A DNA stretch of 63,766 nucleotides, counting the filler, from Hyphochytrium catenoides (lineage: Eukaryota > Protista > Hyphochytriomycota), in assembly GCA_900088475.1 (NCBI GenBank). It is 9 parts of 9 records of this genome, joined end to end, with 100 filler letters (N's around TTAATTAATTAA, not from the genome) between each part and the next. Parts side by side here need not be neighbours in the genome. Positions count along the whole stretch, not along the records: positions 1 to 9,092 come from FLMG01001875.1; positions 9,193 to 20,272 come from FLMG01002676.1; 7 more parts are not named here. One strand, written 5' to 3'. Of this stretch, positions 1 through 11,354 are shown in pieces; positions within the stretch are counted from its first letter, which is position 1; each line of letters starts with the position of its first letter. The translations under genes were made by a program, and so were the position numbers. The notes beneath the pieces are model-generated. The model was not told where the DNA came from. It searched no databases and was given only the letters and a program-made list of their open reading frames with translations.

Positions 1-10
1 TATAAATCTG

Positions 11-59
<49 letters not shown>

Positions 60-860
60 GCTCTCGCTCTCGCTTTCTGTGTCTCTCTCTGTGTGTCTCT
101 TTCCCTGTGTCTTCTCTCTCTCTCTCTCTCTCTTCCTCTTCTACGTACAAAGATCCGTTGCCCAAAAGATACCTCTCCCATCCACCTCTTGCCAATCCTG
201 CCAGCTGTAAGAAGAGACGCGCCCACCCACCCTAGACTCTGGACAGAAGATTCTTAGGGAAAAGAATCCTCTTTATTGAAACAATCGTTTACCGCAAAAT
301 TCCCATCCCTGTACCTTAGTTAGGCCTTGGAAGGGAATCTTTCCACCACATCTTGGTTGAAGGTTTCACCAGCTTCTGTTGGCTTCTCGGTTGGTTCAAA
401 GTCTGAGCAAAAGAGAAAGAACGTAACAAAGGGAAAAACACAGCAAGATTGTAAGTTTCCAACTGGCGCCTTTCAATTGTTTCCATGTGAAGAAAGTGTG
501 CGTCTCCCGCTTGCACCTACCGAAAGCTTCATGCAAGAAAGGAAATGAATAATTCACAGGATAGTGGGAAAAAAGAAAAGAGGCAAGTTCAGGGGGGGCG
601 TCAGAGATGAGTCGATAAAGACAAGGGCAGAGAAAGAGAAGAAAAGCCAAGACAGAGACAGAAAGAGAAGAGAGAAAGAGAGACAGACAGACAGACAGAG
701 AGAGAAATAGGAGACAGAAAGGGAGAGAGAAAGAGAGACAGACAGACAGAGAGAGAGAGAAATAGGAGACAGAAAGGGAGATAGACAGAAAGAGTAGGAC
801 AGAGAGACAGAGAGACAGAGAGAGAGAAGGAGAGACAGAGAGAGAGAGAGAGAAAGAGAG

Positions 861-929
<69 letters not shown>

Positions 930-2022
930 AAAGCAATGAAAGGTCATCGTCTGACAGAGAAGCTATAGTAGTGTGTGCCTGCTGTAGGCTGTAGGATACT
1001 CCTCATCTCAGCAGTCCAACACATCAAAGGGTAGGTCCTGAAAACGCCGTCCCATGTACAGCTACCCTTACATATGTCTCTCTCTTTCTCTCTCTCCTAC
1101 CCTTGGCCGTCTCTCTCTTTCTCTCTCTCCTTGCTTTCTCTAGGGGGCGCGCTGCAACCTCATTCTCTGACTACGAGGACTCTCTCCAATCACAGCTTAT
1201 TCACCAGGTGTTGGCCATCTGCAGAGTCTCTCTCTCTGCTGTCTCGGTCTCTCTCTCTCTCTCTTTGTTTCTCTCTCTCACCTGCCCCAGTTCTTCTCGG
1301 ACCTCCTCTTCTTTCTGGGTCTCATCTTATCAGCAAGATGCCCGATTATTGAAGAGAAAGATTTGCCCCACCGACTCTTATTTTTCTCTCTCTCTCTGCT
1401 GTCTCTCTCTATGTCTCAATAACTCTCTGTGTCCTAGTCTCTCTCTTTCTCCCTATCTCTCTGGGTCTGTCTGTCTGCCTCTCTCCCCCTCCCGCTATAT
1501 CTCTCTCTCAGTCTATTGCTTTCATTGTCACCTTTACATCCTCCTTTGAGCACTCTAAGCGATCGTCCGCGCTCTTTCTCTCTCTCTCTCTCTCTCNNNN
1601 NNNNNNNNNNNNNNNNNNNNNNNNNNNNNNNNNNNNNNNNNNNNNNNNNNNNNNNNNNNTTCGCTCTCTCTCTCTCTCTCTCCTCTCTCTCGCTCTCTTT
1701 TAAGGAGACTTTCTTTCTGTTTTCCCTTCTGATGGTAGGTATCTTCTCTTTCTCGCGCTCGCTCTCGCGCGGTCTCTCTCTCTCTCGTTCTCTCACTCTT
1801 TCTCTCTCTTTCCTGCGCATATGACATGACAGGAAACGTCAGAAGAGGCAAAAAGTTGGGAAAAGCCCGAAACTGTNNNNNNNNNNNNNNNNNNNNNNNN
1901 NNNNNNNNNNNNNNNNNNNAGAGAGAGAGAGAGAGAGAGATCGTAAGTGAGGCAGGGAGGAGAAAGGAGAGGGTGCTTTCTTCTTATAACGAAGCTGTCC
2001 TTTTATTTGCCTATAAGAGTTC

Positions 2023-2093
2023 CTAGCTTTTGTCCAGCGCATCGTGGACTTTCGACCGACTGAGAGAGGTGCTGAGCCCGGTGTCACGGTACT

Positions 2094-2130
<37 letters not shown>

Positions 2131-3929
2131 AGGATCATGGAATGGACAGCAGATAGAAGAATTTGGGAAAGAGAGAGACATGGGGAGAGAAGAGTCTGTC
2201 AGCTTGATTGAACCTCTATCTTGACCAATTAGAGAGAGAACACAGGGACGCGGCAAAACGAGAAGCAAGAGGTTGGAAGAGAGACAGGCACGGAGAGAGA
2301 GAGGAAACGGAGACAGGAGAGAGAGAGAGAGAGAGAGAGAGAGGCTGACAAGGGAGGAAAGATCCGCACCTGGATGGACCCGAAGGAGTTTGTGAAAGAG
2401 TTTGGTTTGGCGTACTGTTTGCTCACACTCTGAGCATCTTTTGTCTTCGCCCCAACCAAGTTGTTACTAGGGAGGAAGAGAGAGAGATGAAGAGAGAGAG
2501 AGACACATAGAAAGAGAGAGAGAGAAGGAGATATTTAGACAGAGAGACAAGGAGAGATAGAAAGTGGCCGTGATCAGAAGAGAGAAGTTGCACGACAAGA
2601 AGGATGTCAGTTCTCTCTTTCTTCCTTTCGTTTCTTCCCTCTCTCTTCTCTCTCTCGCCTCTCTCTCTCTTTCTCTGTCTCTCTTTCTTGGCTTGTCTAA
2701 CCTGGTCTGATAGAGGGGATGTTCCTCTCTCGGCTTGAAAGAGAAACAGTTGCTCTTCTCTTTCTCTGCATTGTTGTCTCCTCTATTCCCTTCCGCGGAC
2801 GGGCTGCTAGGACCCTGCCTGTCCACCATCCTCACCCTTGCCGGGGGATTCTGAGTGACAGCTGGCGAGAGAGAGAGAGATTGAGAAAACGAAGAGAGAG
2901 AGAGAGAGAGAGAATGTATGCCGATCTCTCTCTCAATCTTTCATATCAGGACCAACCCATTTCTCTCTTTCTGTCTTGGCATCCCACATATATATTCCTC
3001 GTCCCTCTCGCATTCCTCTACCCTGTGTATAACTCTCTCTCTTTTTCCTCCTCTCTCTCTTTCTCTCTCTCTCTCTTTCATTCTCTCTTTCTCTCTCTCT
3101 TTCCCTCTCTCTCTCTTTACCTTTCATGACTGTGATCTTGTCCATGTGCGCGCTCATGGTCGTGTCATAGACAGGCACTCCTTCTCCATAACAAGAGGAA
3201 GACCGGGCGTACATGAAAGCAGTGTCCTCTTTCTTTCTCTCTCCCTGCTCGGGACTTCTCTCACTTCCTTTCGGAGTGTCAGGCAGCTGGGAAGGAAAGA
3301 ACAAGAACAAGAGAAAGAGAGAGAGATAGGGAGAGAGCAAGAGAAAGAAAAATAAGGTAAAACAGAGAGAGAGAGAGAGAGAGAAAGAGAAGCAGGAGAA
3401 GAAAAGCAGTGAGCCAGATGTAGGGACAAGAAGAGTGACCGAGGAGAGCAAAAAGAGAGAGGAGAGGTCCAAAATGAGAAAAAGAGAGAGAGAGAGAAAA
3501 ACAGAAAGAGTCAGACAGACAGTATAATGGGGCAAGGAGCAACGAGCGGAACTTGTAGATACAGAGAGAGAGAGAAACGGAGAGAGCGGAAGAGAGAGAG
3601 ACACAGAAAGAGATGGAGAGAGAGACACGGAAGAGAAAGGAGTAGGTAGAAGAGACAGAAAAAGGAAGGTATGTGTCCCGAAAAAAGAGAGTTCGGATAA
3701 GGAACGGAGGTGACACGGATCCGTAGGGAGGAGAGCAAAACGCACGCAGACAGACAGGACAGAGATTAATGGGGGGAGAGAGAGAGAGAGCGAGAGAGAG
3801 AGAGATGTACCTTCGGTGCCTCGAACTCTTTTGGCTTATCAATGTCCAGGCCGTAGATTTCGTTGCTCGTGGCATAGAAAGGATTCCTTGTAGGACGAAT
3901 CTGCTGTTGCTTGGGACCACGGGTAGCCA

Positions 3930-3930
<1 letters not shown>
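2023..3930 (-). CDS. PIERCE1/2-like (DUF4490, FAP182-like) ciliary microtubule inner protein, 5 exons, 203 aa
   Basis: Manual splicing gives exons 3930-3811, 3286-3121, 2861-2702, 2466-2370 and 2091-2023. All introns are GT-AG and phase-compatible (612 nt, ATG to TAG). The C-terminus HPLYQTSNNLVGAK...YAKPNSFTNSFGSIQYRDTGLSTSLSRSKVHDALD resembles the DUF4490 pattern (YxTSNxxYG...F...FRxxGLNT). Family call is from recalled motifs. Confidence 0.8.
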
Positions 3931-3962
<32 letters not shown>

Positions 3963-5890
3963 GCTTCAGATGACGTCTCTCTTTTCTTTATGATTCTCTA
4001 AGTTGAAGTCTCTTTCTCTCTTTCTAGGATTCTCTGCTTAATGACTAGCGACCTGAGTGGCAGAGAAGAGAAGGGAAGAGCTCACTTTGAACTCTTTCTA
4101 GAATGTTAACTCTGACACTGGGAAGCCTCTCATTTGCACGCGCTCTCCCGCCGCCACTTTCTGCTTCTCTCACTCTGTCGATCTCTCTCTCTCTCTCTTC
4201 CCTTCTCTCTCTAGCCCGTCAGCTCGGGTTCTTCTCTCCCTTCACTCTAACCCCAGACTTTAGTCCGTGCTCCCTCCGCCCGGCTAACAGTGAACCCTTG
4301 GCAAGAAGCTTCTTCTTCGTCTCTCTCTTATCTCTTTCTCTCTTTCACCTCATGTACACGCTACTTCATTCATCACTCTCTCTCTCTCTCTCTTCTTCTT
4401 GTCGCTGGTCATCTATCCGTTCCTTTCATCTGCTTCATTTTCCTCGCCTCTGTTCTGGCTCTCACTCTGTTCTGGCTCTCTCTCTCCCTCTCCCTCTCTC
4501 TCTCTCTCCTCTCTCTCTTTTCCTTTCTCTCCTGTGCTTTCTCATTCTCCTCCTTCTGGTCTCTTCTGCTCCTCTCTCTTTCCTCTCTGTCTCTCTCTCG
4601 CTCTCGCTCGCTCACTCTCTTTCTCTCTCTCTCTTCCCATCTCTTCGGCTCTTTTCTCTCTCTCTCTCTCTCTCTCTCTCGCCCACCTCTCTCCCATCAT
4701 CTCCCACCGACACGTCATCCACGTACTACTAGCACCTGTCCTATACTTTATGACTAACAAAGAATCAGTACTTGAAGTATTACTACGTCCAGGGCGGTGG
4801 TTACAGGTCCCGTGGCCGGTAACGTATAGGAAACGTGGTTGCTGACCTTTCCCTGTGTTCAGTACTGTTTTGCCCTCATCTCTGTCTCTCTCTTTCTCTC
4901 TCCCCGTCTATAACTCTCTCTCTCTCTATATATATATATCTTCTCTATCTCTCTGTGCCTCTTTATCTCTCTGTCTCTTTGTCTCTCTCTGTGCCTCTAT
5001 GGCTCTCCGTGTGTGTCTCTCTCTCCCACTTTTTTCCTCTCTCTCTCTCTCCCACTTTCTCTTTACTTATCTATCTCTATGTATCAACCTATTTCTTATT
5101 TTCTCTCTCTCTCTCTCTTTCTATATCTATCTATCTATCTATGCACCCTTCTTCCTCGTCTCCTCCCTCTTTCTCTCTCGTCTCTTCTCTCTCATGGGGT
5201 GCCTCTCTCTATATATCTCTTGGCTTTTTCATAGCCTTTCCGCGCTATTACCACTTGATCTTTCTCTCTCATTTCCATCTTCCATCACCTTCTTTTCTCT
5301 CTGGTTGACTCCTCTCCTTCTTTTCTGATGGTACTCCGTTCTCCTTCTTTCACTCTCTCACCTCTTTCCTTCTTCTTCTCTAATTCTATTCTCTCTCTTC
5401 CCTTTTTCTCTCTCTCTCTCTGACTTTCTCTTTCTGTCTCTCTCTTGTCTCTCTGTCTTCCTTCTCTATCCTCTGCTGCTTTTTCTCCAGATGATCCCTC
5501 CTTCCCTCCTTCTTCCGTTCTCTTCTCTTCTCTTCTCCTCTCTCCTCTCTCTCTCTCTCTCCCCCCCAGCCTACCTTGAAGCATGTCAATGTGTTTATGG
5601 GAAAGAGAAGGAGGACAGCTCACTGATCTCTCTCTCTATGTAAGCACTCCATGACTTTCACGAGCTCTTCACCCAAGAAGAAGTACAAAGAAAGAGAAGA
5701 TGATAGGAAAGAAAAGGTTAATCAGAGAAAAAGGATCAAAAACACTGGCATCTCTCTCTTTCTCTTCATGGCTTGCAAGGGGGTGACAAAGGTCTGATAT
5801 CGAAGAGAGATAGGAGGCATGAGCAAGAGACAGACAGAGAGAGAGAAATGGAGAAATGGAGAAAAAAAGAAGGGACGAGCCTATAAGTAG

Positions 5891-6767
5891 AAGGACGAGG
5901 GGAAAAGAGGAGAGAAAGAGAAAGAGAGAAAGAGAATGAATGCCAAGGAGATAATATACGAAAGGAGGACGATGGCAGAGTCTCTCTTGAACATCAGCGC
6001 TACTGATCTCTACAGAGGACTGCGAAGGAGCACGGGGAAATGGAGAGAGGAAGAGAAGAGAAAGAAAAGAGAAAGAAAGGATGTCTCTCTCCTCTCTTCC
6101 TCTCCCTCTTCTCTCTCCAGCACGCCACCCGACCAAGCCGCCACTCTTCTTCCTTCTGCTCCTAAAGAAAGCAGCAGAAGAGTCACTGACGAGAGAGAGA
6201 CAAGTCTCCTGGATGACCAAGAGAGCGAAGAGCAGAAAAGAGAAGAGAGAGAGTCTCTTCCTCTTTTCCGCCCTCTTTCCCTACCTAAGCCAATCTTTCT
6301 CTCTCCTTCTCCACTTCTTGTGATGGAGAATGACTATCGAAGAGAACTTGAGGAGGAGAAGAAGAAAGAGAAGGAGTTAGCGAAGCTCTTTCTCTCTTTC
6401 AAAGACACCGAGAGAGAGAGAAAGAGAGAGCTTGAAGAAGAGATCAAGAAAGCAGAGAGAGAGCTGGGACCTGTGGTCCTCCTACGGCTACGACTACAGG
6501 CTGGAGGAGAGGAGAGACTGAGGTGGTTCCACTCTCTTCTTCTGCGGCTTATCCTTCGCCGCGTTCTTTTCTCCTTTGACAGGTGGAAGGTAAGCATTGC
6601 AGAGGAAGGGAGTGAGAAAGAGGGAGGCGAGAGAGAGAGAGAGAGAGAGAGAGCGGGCGAGAGAGAGAGAGAGAGAGAGAAGGTATGAGGGGGAAAGAGA
6701 GAGAAGAGAAGAAAATAGTTGGGAAACGGAACTATCAGAACCACAGAGGGAGGGCGAGACAAGCACA

Positions 6768-6799
<32 letters not shown>

Positions 6800-6991
6800 A
6801 GAAAGTGAGAGCCATAGGAAAGTGAATGCAAATGAGGGAGGAATAGGACATATGGCGAAGAGAGAATCGGCTGGAGTTTGGCTTTACTCTCTTTCCAGCT
6901 CTGCTGTCCCCTCCTCTTTCACGGTCCTTCATTTCCCAGATCTCAATCTCTCAACTATCCGCACATCTCCCTCACTCTCTCTCCCTCTCTA

Positions 6992-7031
<40 letters not shown>

Positions 7032-8233
7032 CTTGGACGCATGTCTCTCCTTCCAGTTCTTCTGTGCCTCGGTGCGGGCACTGCAGGCACTTCAAGCGCA
7101 AAGAAAGATCTGCGCCGCTTATCGGAAACATAGAGGAAGATGCAAGAGGAGAGAGAGGAGAGAAGAAAGAAGAGCTCATGCTTTGGAAGAAGAGAGAGAG
7201 AAAGAGAAGAGAGTGAAGAAGAGAGAGATGATGGCAAGAAAAATCCAGAAATTGGTGAGAAGACATCAAGAAAGAGAAAGAAGACGACAGAAAGGGAGAA
7301 GAGAGAGAAAGGCTATCGTTCTCCAGCGATGGTAAGCAGAGACACCGATCCACCCTTCTTCCGCTCTCATGCTCTCTCTCTCTCTCTCGTTCCTCGCCGT
7401 CTCTCGTCCTTTTTCCTTCCCAGCATTGACTTACCCGGTCTTTCCCCTTTCTTTCCTTGCGCGAAGTCACTTTCTCTTTCTNNNNNNNNNNNNNNNNNNN
7501 NNNNNNNNNNNNNNNNNNNNNNNNNNNNNNNNNNNNNNNNNNNNNNNNNNNNNNNNNNNNNNNNNNNNNTCTCTATCTAACTCTCTATTGATCTATCCTT
7601 CTTCTTCTGTCTTTCCCTTCTCATTTTCCCATTCTTCTGTTAACTCCGCCCCCTTCTCTTCTTTTTTTCTCACTCTCTCTTTCACCATGCCTTCAACGAT
7701 GTTTCTCTCTCTTTTATCTTCATCTAGTACTTACCGCTCTCCACTCTTTTCTGTGTGTGGCCATGCTGTCCGTCTTTCTCTCTTTCTCTCTCTTCTTTCC
7801 CCTGCTACTACTCAGCACTTTCCCCGATTATTCTCTAGCTCACTCACTCTCTCTCCTCTCTCTGACACTATCGACTTTGTTTTTCTTTCTCTTTTTTTGA
7901 CTCTCTCTCTCTCTCTCTTTGTCTCTTTGTTCTTTGTTTTGGCACCGGTGCCTTCTTTCTCTCTCTATCTTCCTTCCCTCCCTCTTCTCTCTCTCTCCTG
8001 TTTCTCTTTTTCTGACACACTTTCTTTCTTTCTCTCACTCTCTTACTCTGACCTCTTTCTCTCTCTCTCTCTCTCTCACTCTCTCTCTCTTTTCTTTTGT
8101 TCTGTTAAGGTTGAAGAAGGTGTTCCATCGTCAGCGGTTAGCCCGTCGGCTGCTGGAGGCGCGAAGGAGAGAGAGAGAGAGTACTGCCTGCGGCCTCATA
8201 CAGAGAATATACAGAGGATACAGAGGAAGAGAG
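5891..8233 (+). CDS. IQ-motif / coiled-coil protein, partial multi-exon gene
   Basis: Phase-compatible exons ~5891-6589, 7057-7331 and 8110-8233 with GT-AG sites. Contains the canonical IQ motif IQRIYRGYRGR plus degenerate ones (IQKLVRRHQER, ICAAYRKHRGR). The 5' and 3' ends are unresolved. Confidence 0.6.
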
Positions 8234-8697
8234 GTACTCTAGGATGGCCCAGGTTTATACCAAGGAGACAAAAAAGAGAGAGAGAGAGAGAGAAAGAGAG
8301 AGTGCGAGAGAGAGAGAGAGATTAGAGGAAAAGAGGAGAGAAAAACAGAAGGAGAGAAAGAGAAGAGAGGTAGAGATGAAGGAGAGAAGGTGAGCAGAAT
8401 TGAAGGGGAGAGGAAGAGGGGGAAAGCCTAGTAAGAGAAAAGATTAGAGAGATGGAAAATGGGTGAGAGAGGAAGAGGAGAAGTTAGAGAGAAAGGTTGA
8501 GAGTAAAGGAGAAGAGAGGGAGAGGAAGAGAGAGGAAGAGGAGGGAGTCAGAGAGACAGTGTGATAGAGAGAGAGAGAGAAGGTTAAGAGGTAGCGGTAG
8601 AGGACCAAGAGAAAGAGAGGGTGAGAGATATTGTGACGGAGTAGCCTGTGAGCGTGGAAAAGAAGAGAGAGAGAGAGAGAGAGAGAGTAACTAATGG

Positions 8698-8728
<31 letters not shown>

Positions 8729-9092
8729 AACAGTAAGCTTAACGGAGAGAAGTGCCCTCAGAGGACGCACGAGAGAGAGAGACCTTGAATAGAAGGGAGA
8801 AAAAATATGTAGCGATGTGAAATCGGCGGTCCTGAAGATTAACTGTGCAACCCTAATTTCCTCTCTCTTTCTCTCTCCCTCTCTGTCTCTCTCTCCCTCT
8901 CTGTCTCTCATTCCCTCTCTGTCTCTCACTCCCTCTGTGTGCCTCTATCCCTCTACTCTCTATCTCTATCTCCCCTTCTCTCTCTCTCTGGCTCGTAACG
9001 GAAGCTGTGTAGAGAAGAGAAAAAGGAAAAGAAGAGAGAAGAAGAACGAAGAAAAGACGCAGAAATTCTCTCCAGCAGCGCTGTCATCAGAC

Positions 9093-9192
9093 NNNNNNNN
9101 NNNNNNNNNNNNNNNNNNNNNNNNNNNNNNNNNNNNTTAATTAATTAANNNNNNNNNNNNNNNNNNNNNNNNNNNNNNNNNNNNNNNNNNNN
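9093..9192. other. Artificial contig spacer N44-TTAATTAATTAA-N44 (first of eight)
   Basis: The same 12-mer with six-frame stops lies at 9137, 20317, 23686, 31515, 44846, 51822, 53486 and 62583, each flanked by N runs. Confidence 0.97.
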
Positions 9193-9199
9193 TCTCCCT

Positions 9200-9230
<31 letters not shown>

Positions 9231-9590
9231 CCTCTCTCTCTCTCTCTCGTCTTTCTCTCTCTCTCTTTCTTCTGTTCTCTCGGTCTTCTTTCCTCTCGGT
9301 CTCTTTTTTACCTTGCTGTTCTTCCTATTCTGTCGCCCTGCTTCTCAAGTTCTCTCTCCCTCGAGCTCTGCTCTCTCAAATGGTTGAACGGTGTGAGAGT
9401 CGTTCTAGGTTCTCTTCTTCTTCTTAAAGAGTACATGGGCTTCTTGCAATCTCCTTTTCTATTTTCTCGAGTCTCTCTCTCTGTGTCCAATGACTCTCTC
9501 TCTCCTCTCTCTCTCTCCGTCTTCAATCGTCTGCGTTGTCACTGTCTGACGATTTTCTTTCCCGTTTCTTCCACATCCGAAATCCTTTAG

Positions 9591-9937
9591 AAAAGACGCT
9601 TTTCACAGCTGCTCGTCTTGAGAAAATGGCCGACTGGATCGAGCGCTGTGTGGACGTGGACGCCTTGCTCAACGCGATCCCTTCTCTCGAGTTGAGTGCT
9701 GTCCCATCTTCCGCCCTGTGCTCTTCCTCAAGCCAAGAGAGGCCAGCCGTGCGCATCGGAATTGCAAGAGATGAAGCTTTTGTAAGATTGTGTTATACTT
9801 TATGAAGAACTGACCTCGGACCCGCGACTGACTCTTGCCCCTCTCTCTCTCTGCTGCTGTTTATTCTCCCTCTCGTTCTGTCCCTGCTTGCCTTTTGGCT
9901 CGCTCTCTCTTTCCGTCCCTGCTTGCCTTTTGGCTCG

Positions 9938-9988
<51 letters not shown>

Positions 9989-11354
9989 TCTCTTTCTCTC
10001 TCTCTCCCCCCATGCAGTGCTTCTACTATCACGATAATCTGATGCAGCTTGAAGCCCTAGGTCTCCATAAGTTGCGCTTCTGCTGTTTCCCTCTCTTGGC
10101 TCTAAATCTCTCCATCTCTCTTCGTTTGCGACTCTTCCTTGCTGGAGCTAACTTTAGCTTCTGATCCATCCTCAGGAGCCGAGCTCAGTTTCTTCTCACC
10201 CTTAGAGAGCACAGAGCTCCCCCCTGCTGACTGCTTGTACTTTGGCGGAGGGGTAAGAGTAGATGATGAATGTCTGAAGAGCCACTCTCTCTTTCTCTCT
10301 CTCTTTCTTTTCTCTCTCTCGCTCTGTCTGTCTCTGTCTGTCTCTCTCCGCTCGCTCTCTCCTTGTCTCTTTCTCTCTCCTCTCTCTCTCCTTTATTTGT
10401 TCTGTCTGTCTCCCGCCCTCTTCAGTTTCCCTAGCTCCCATCTTGAGACTCCCACTCACTCAGCTTCAACTCTGTTTCTCTTTGCCTGGCTCTCAGTATC
10501 CGGAACTCTTCGCTGAGAAGCTGGCATCTAACGCATCTTTAATAAGCCAGATTCTACGGTTTGCTCAGACTGGAGGTAGCGTAGGGCCGTCTTTGACAAT
10601 AGCTTCTTCATATCTGGAATCCTTCTTCTCTCTTCCACATCGTCTGTTGAGTGTCTCTCTCCTGTTTGACTCTCGTTATCATCTTTGTCCCTTCCTCTGA
10701 ATAGCTCTTACCGCCTTATCTTACGCCTTGTGTTTCGGCTTTGGCCCAGGCTGTATCTATGCTGAGTGTGGTGGCTTAATGTACCTGGCCACCGCTCTGA
10801 AGCTCTTAGACGAGGGATCTGAGCATGTGATGTGCGGTGTCCTGCCGTTTGCTGTCACTTTCTCGAGGCAGAACTTCAGACTGAAGCTCAGCTACGTAGA
10901 AGTTCACCCGAGGAGAGAGAGGGAGCAGGTGCCTTTCTTTGCTGAAGTGAAAGACGAGATGCGAGGGCATGTCTTTCACTACTCAGACATCGAAGACTTG
11001 GAGGGGTACATCGCTAGCGGAGCCCTCAGCACCACAATGGAGGTAAGGCAGACGGAACAGACTGAACAGAGGAGGGAGAGAGACAAAGAGGAAAGAGAAA
11101 CGGAACAGACGGAGAGGGAGAGGGAGAAAAAGGGAGGACGTGTGCAGCGTGAGCAAGTTGGATATGCTCACTTTGCTCTCTGAAAGGTCAAGACCAACAT
11201 TGTTGGCAGTGATGGCGCTGTGCCAGAGGGCTTCGTAGTCGGCAACACGCTTGCGAGCTATGTCCACCTGCACTTTGGCAGCAATGAGACCATTGCCCCT
11301 TCGTTTCTTGGCTTTGTGGCTGAGAGGAGGAGAGAGACCGACAAGACAAGCTGA
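9591..11354 (+). CDS. cobB: Cobyrinate/hydrogenobyrinate a,c-diamide synthase (CbiA/CobB family), linker + C-terminal glutamine amidotransferase domain; 6 exons, 5' part missing at contig edge
   Basis: Exons 9591-9781, 10018-10060, 10176-10252, 10497-10575, 10750-11042 and 11187-11354, all GT-AG and in phase. The spliced protein carries RIGIARDEAF|CFYYHDNL, FFSPL, LYFGGG|YPELFA, IYAECGGLMYL, RGHVFHYS and EGFVVGNTLASYVHLHF, the ordered motif set of CobB/CbiA. Confidence 0.92.

Noticed and set aside
150-1380. Possible plus-strand exons (e.g. 1144-1207) of a gene entering the window
   Set aside because: Splice-like sites exist, but there is no consistent frame or recognisable protein.
396-5623. 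Long SLSLSL/ERERER ORFs (also near 8.4, 23, 26.8, 45 and 62 kb)
   Set aside because: Translations of AG/CT microsatellite, which has no stop codons.
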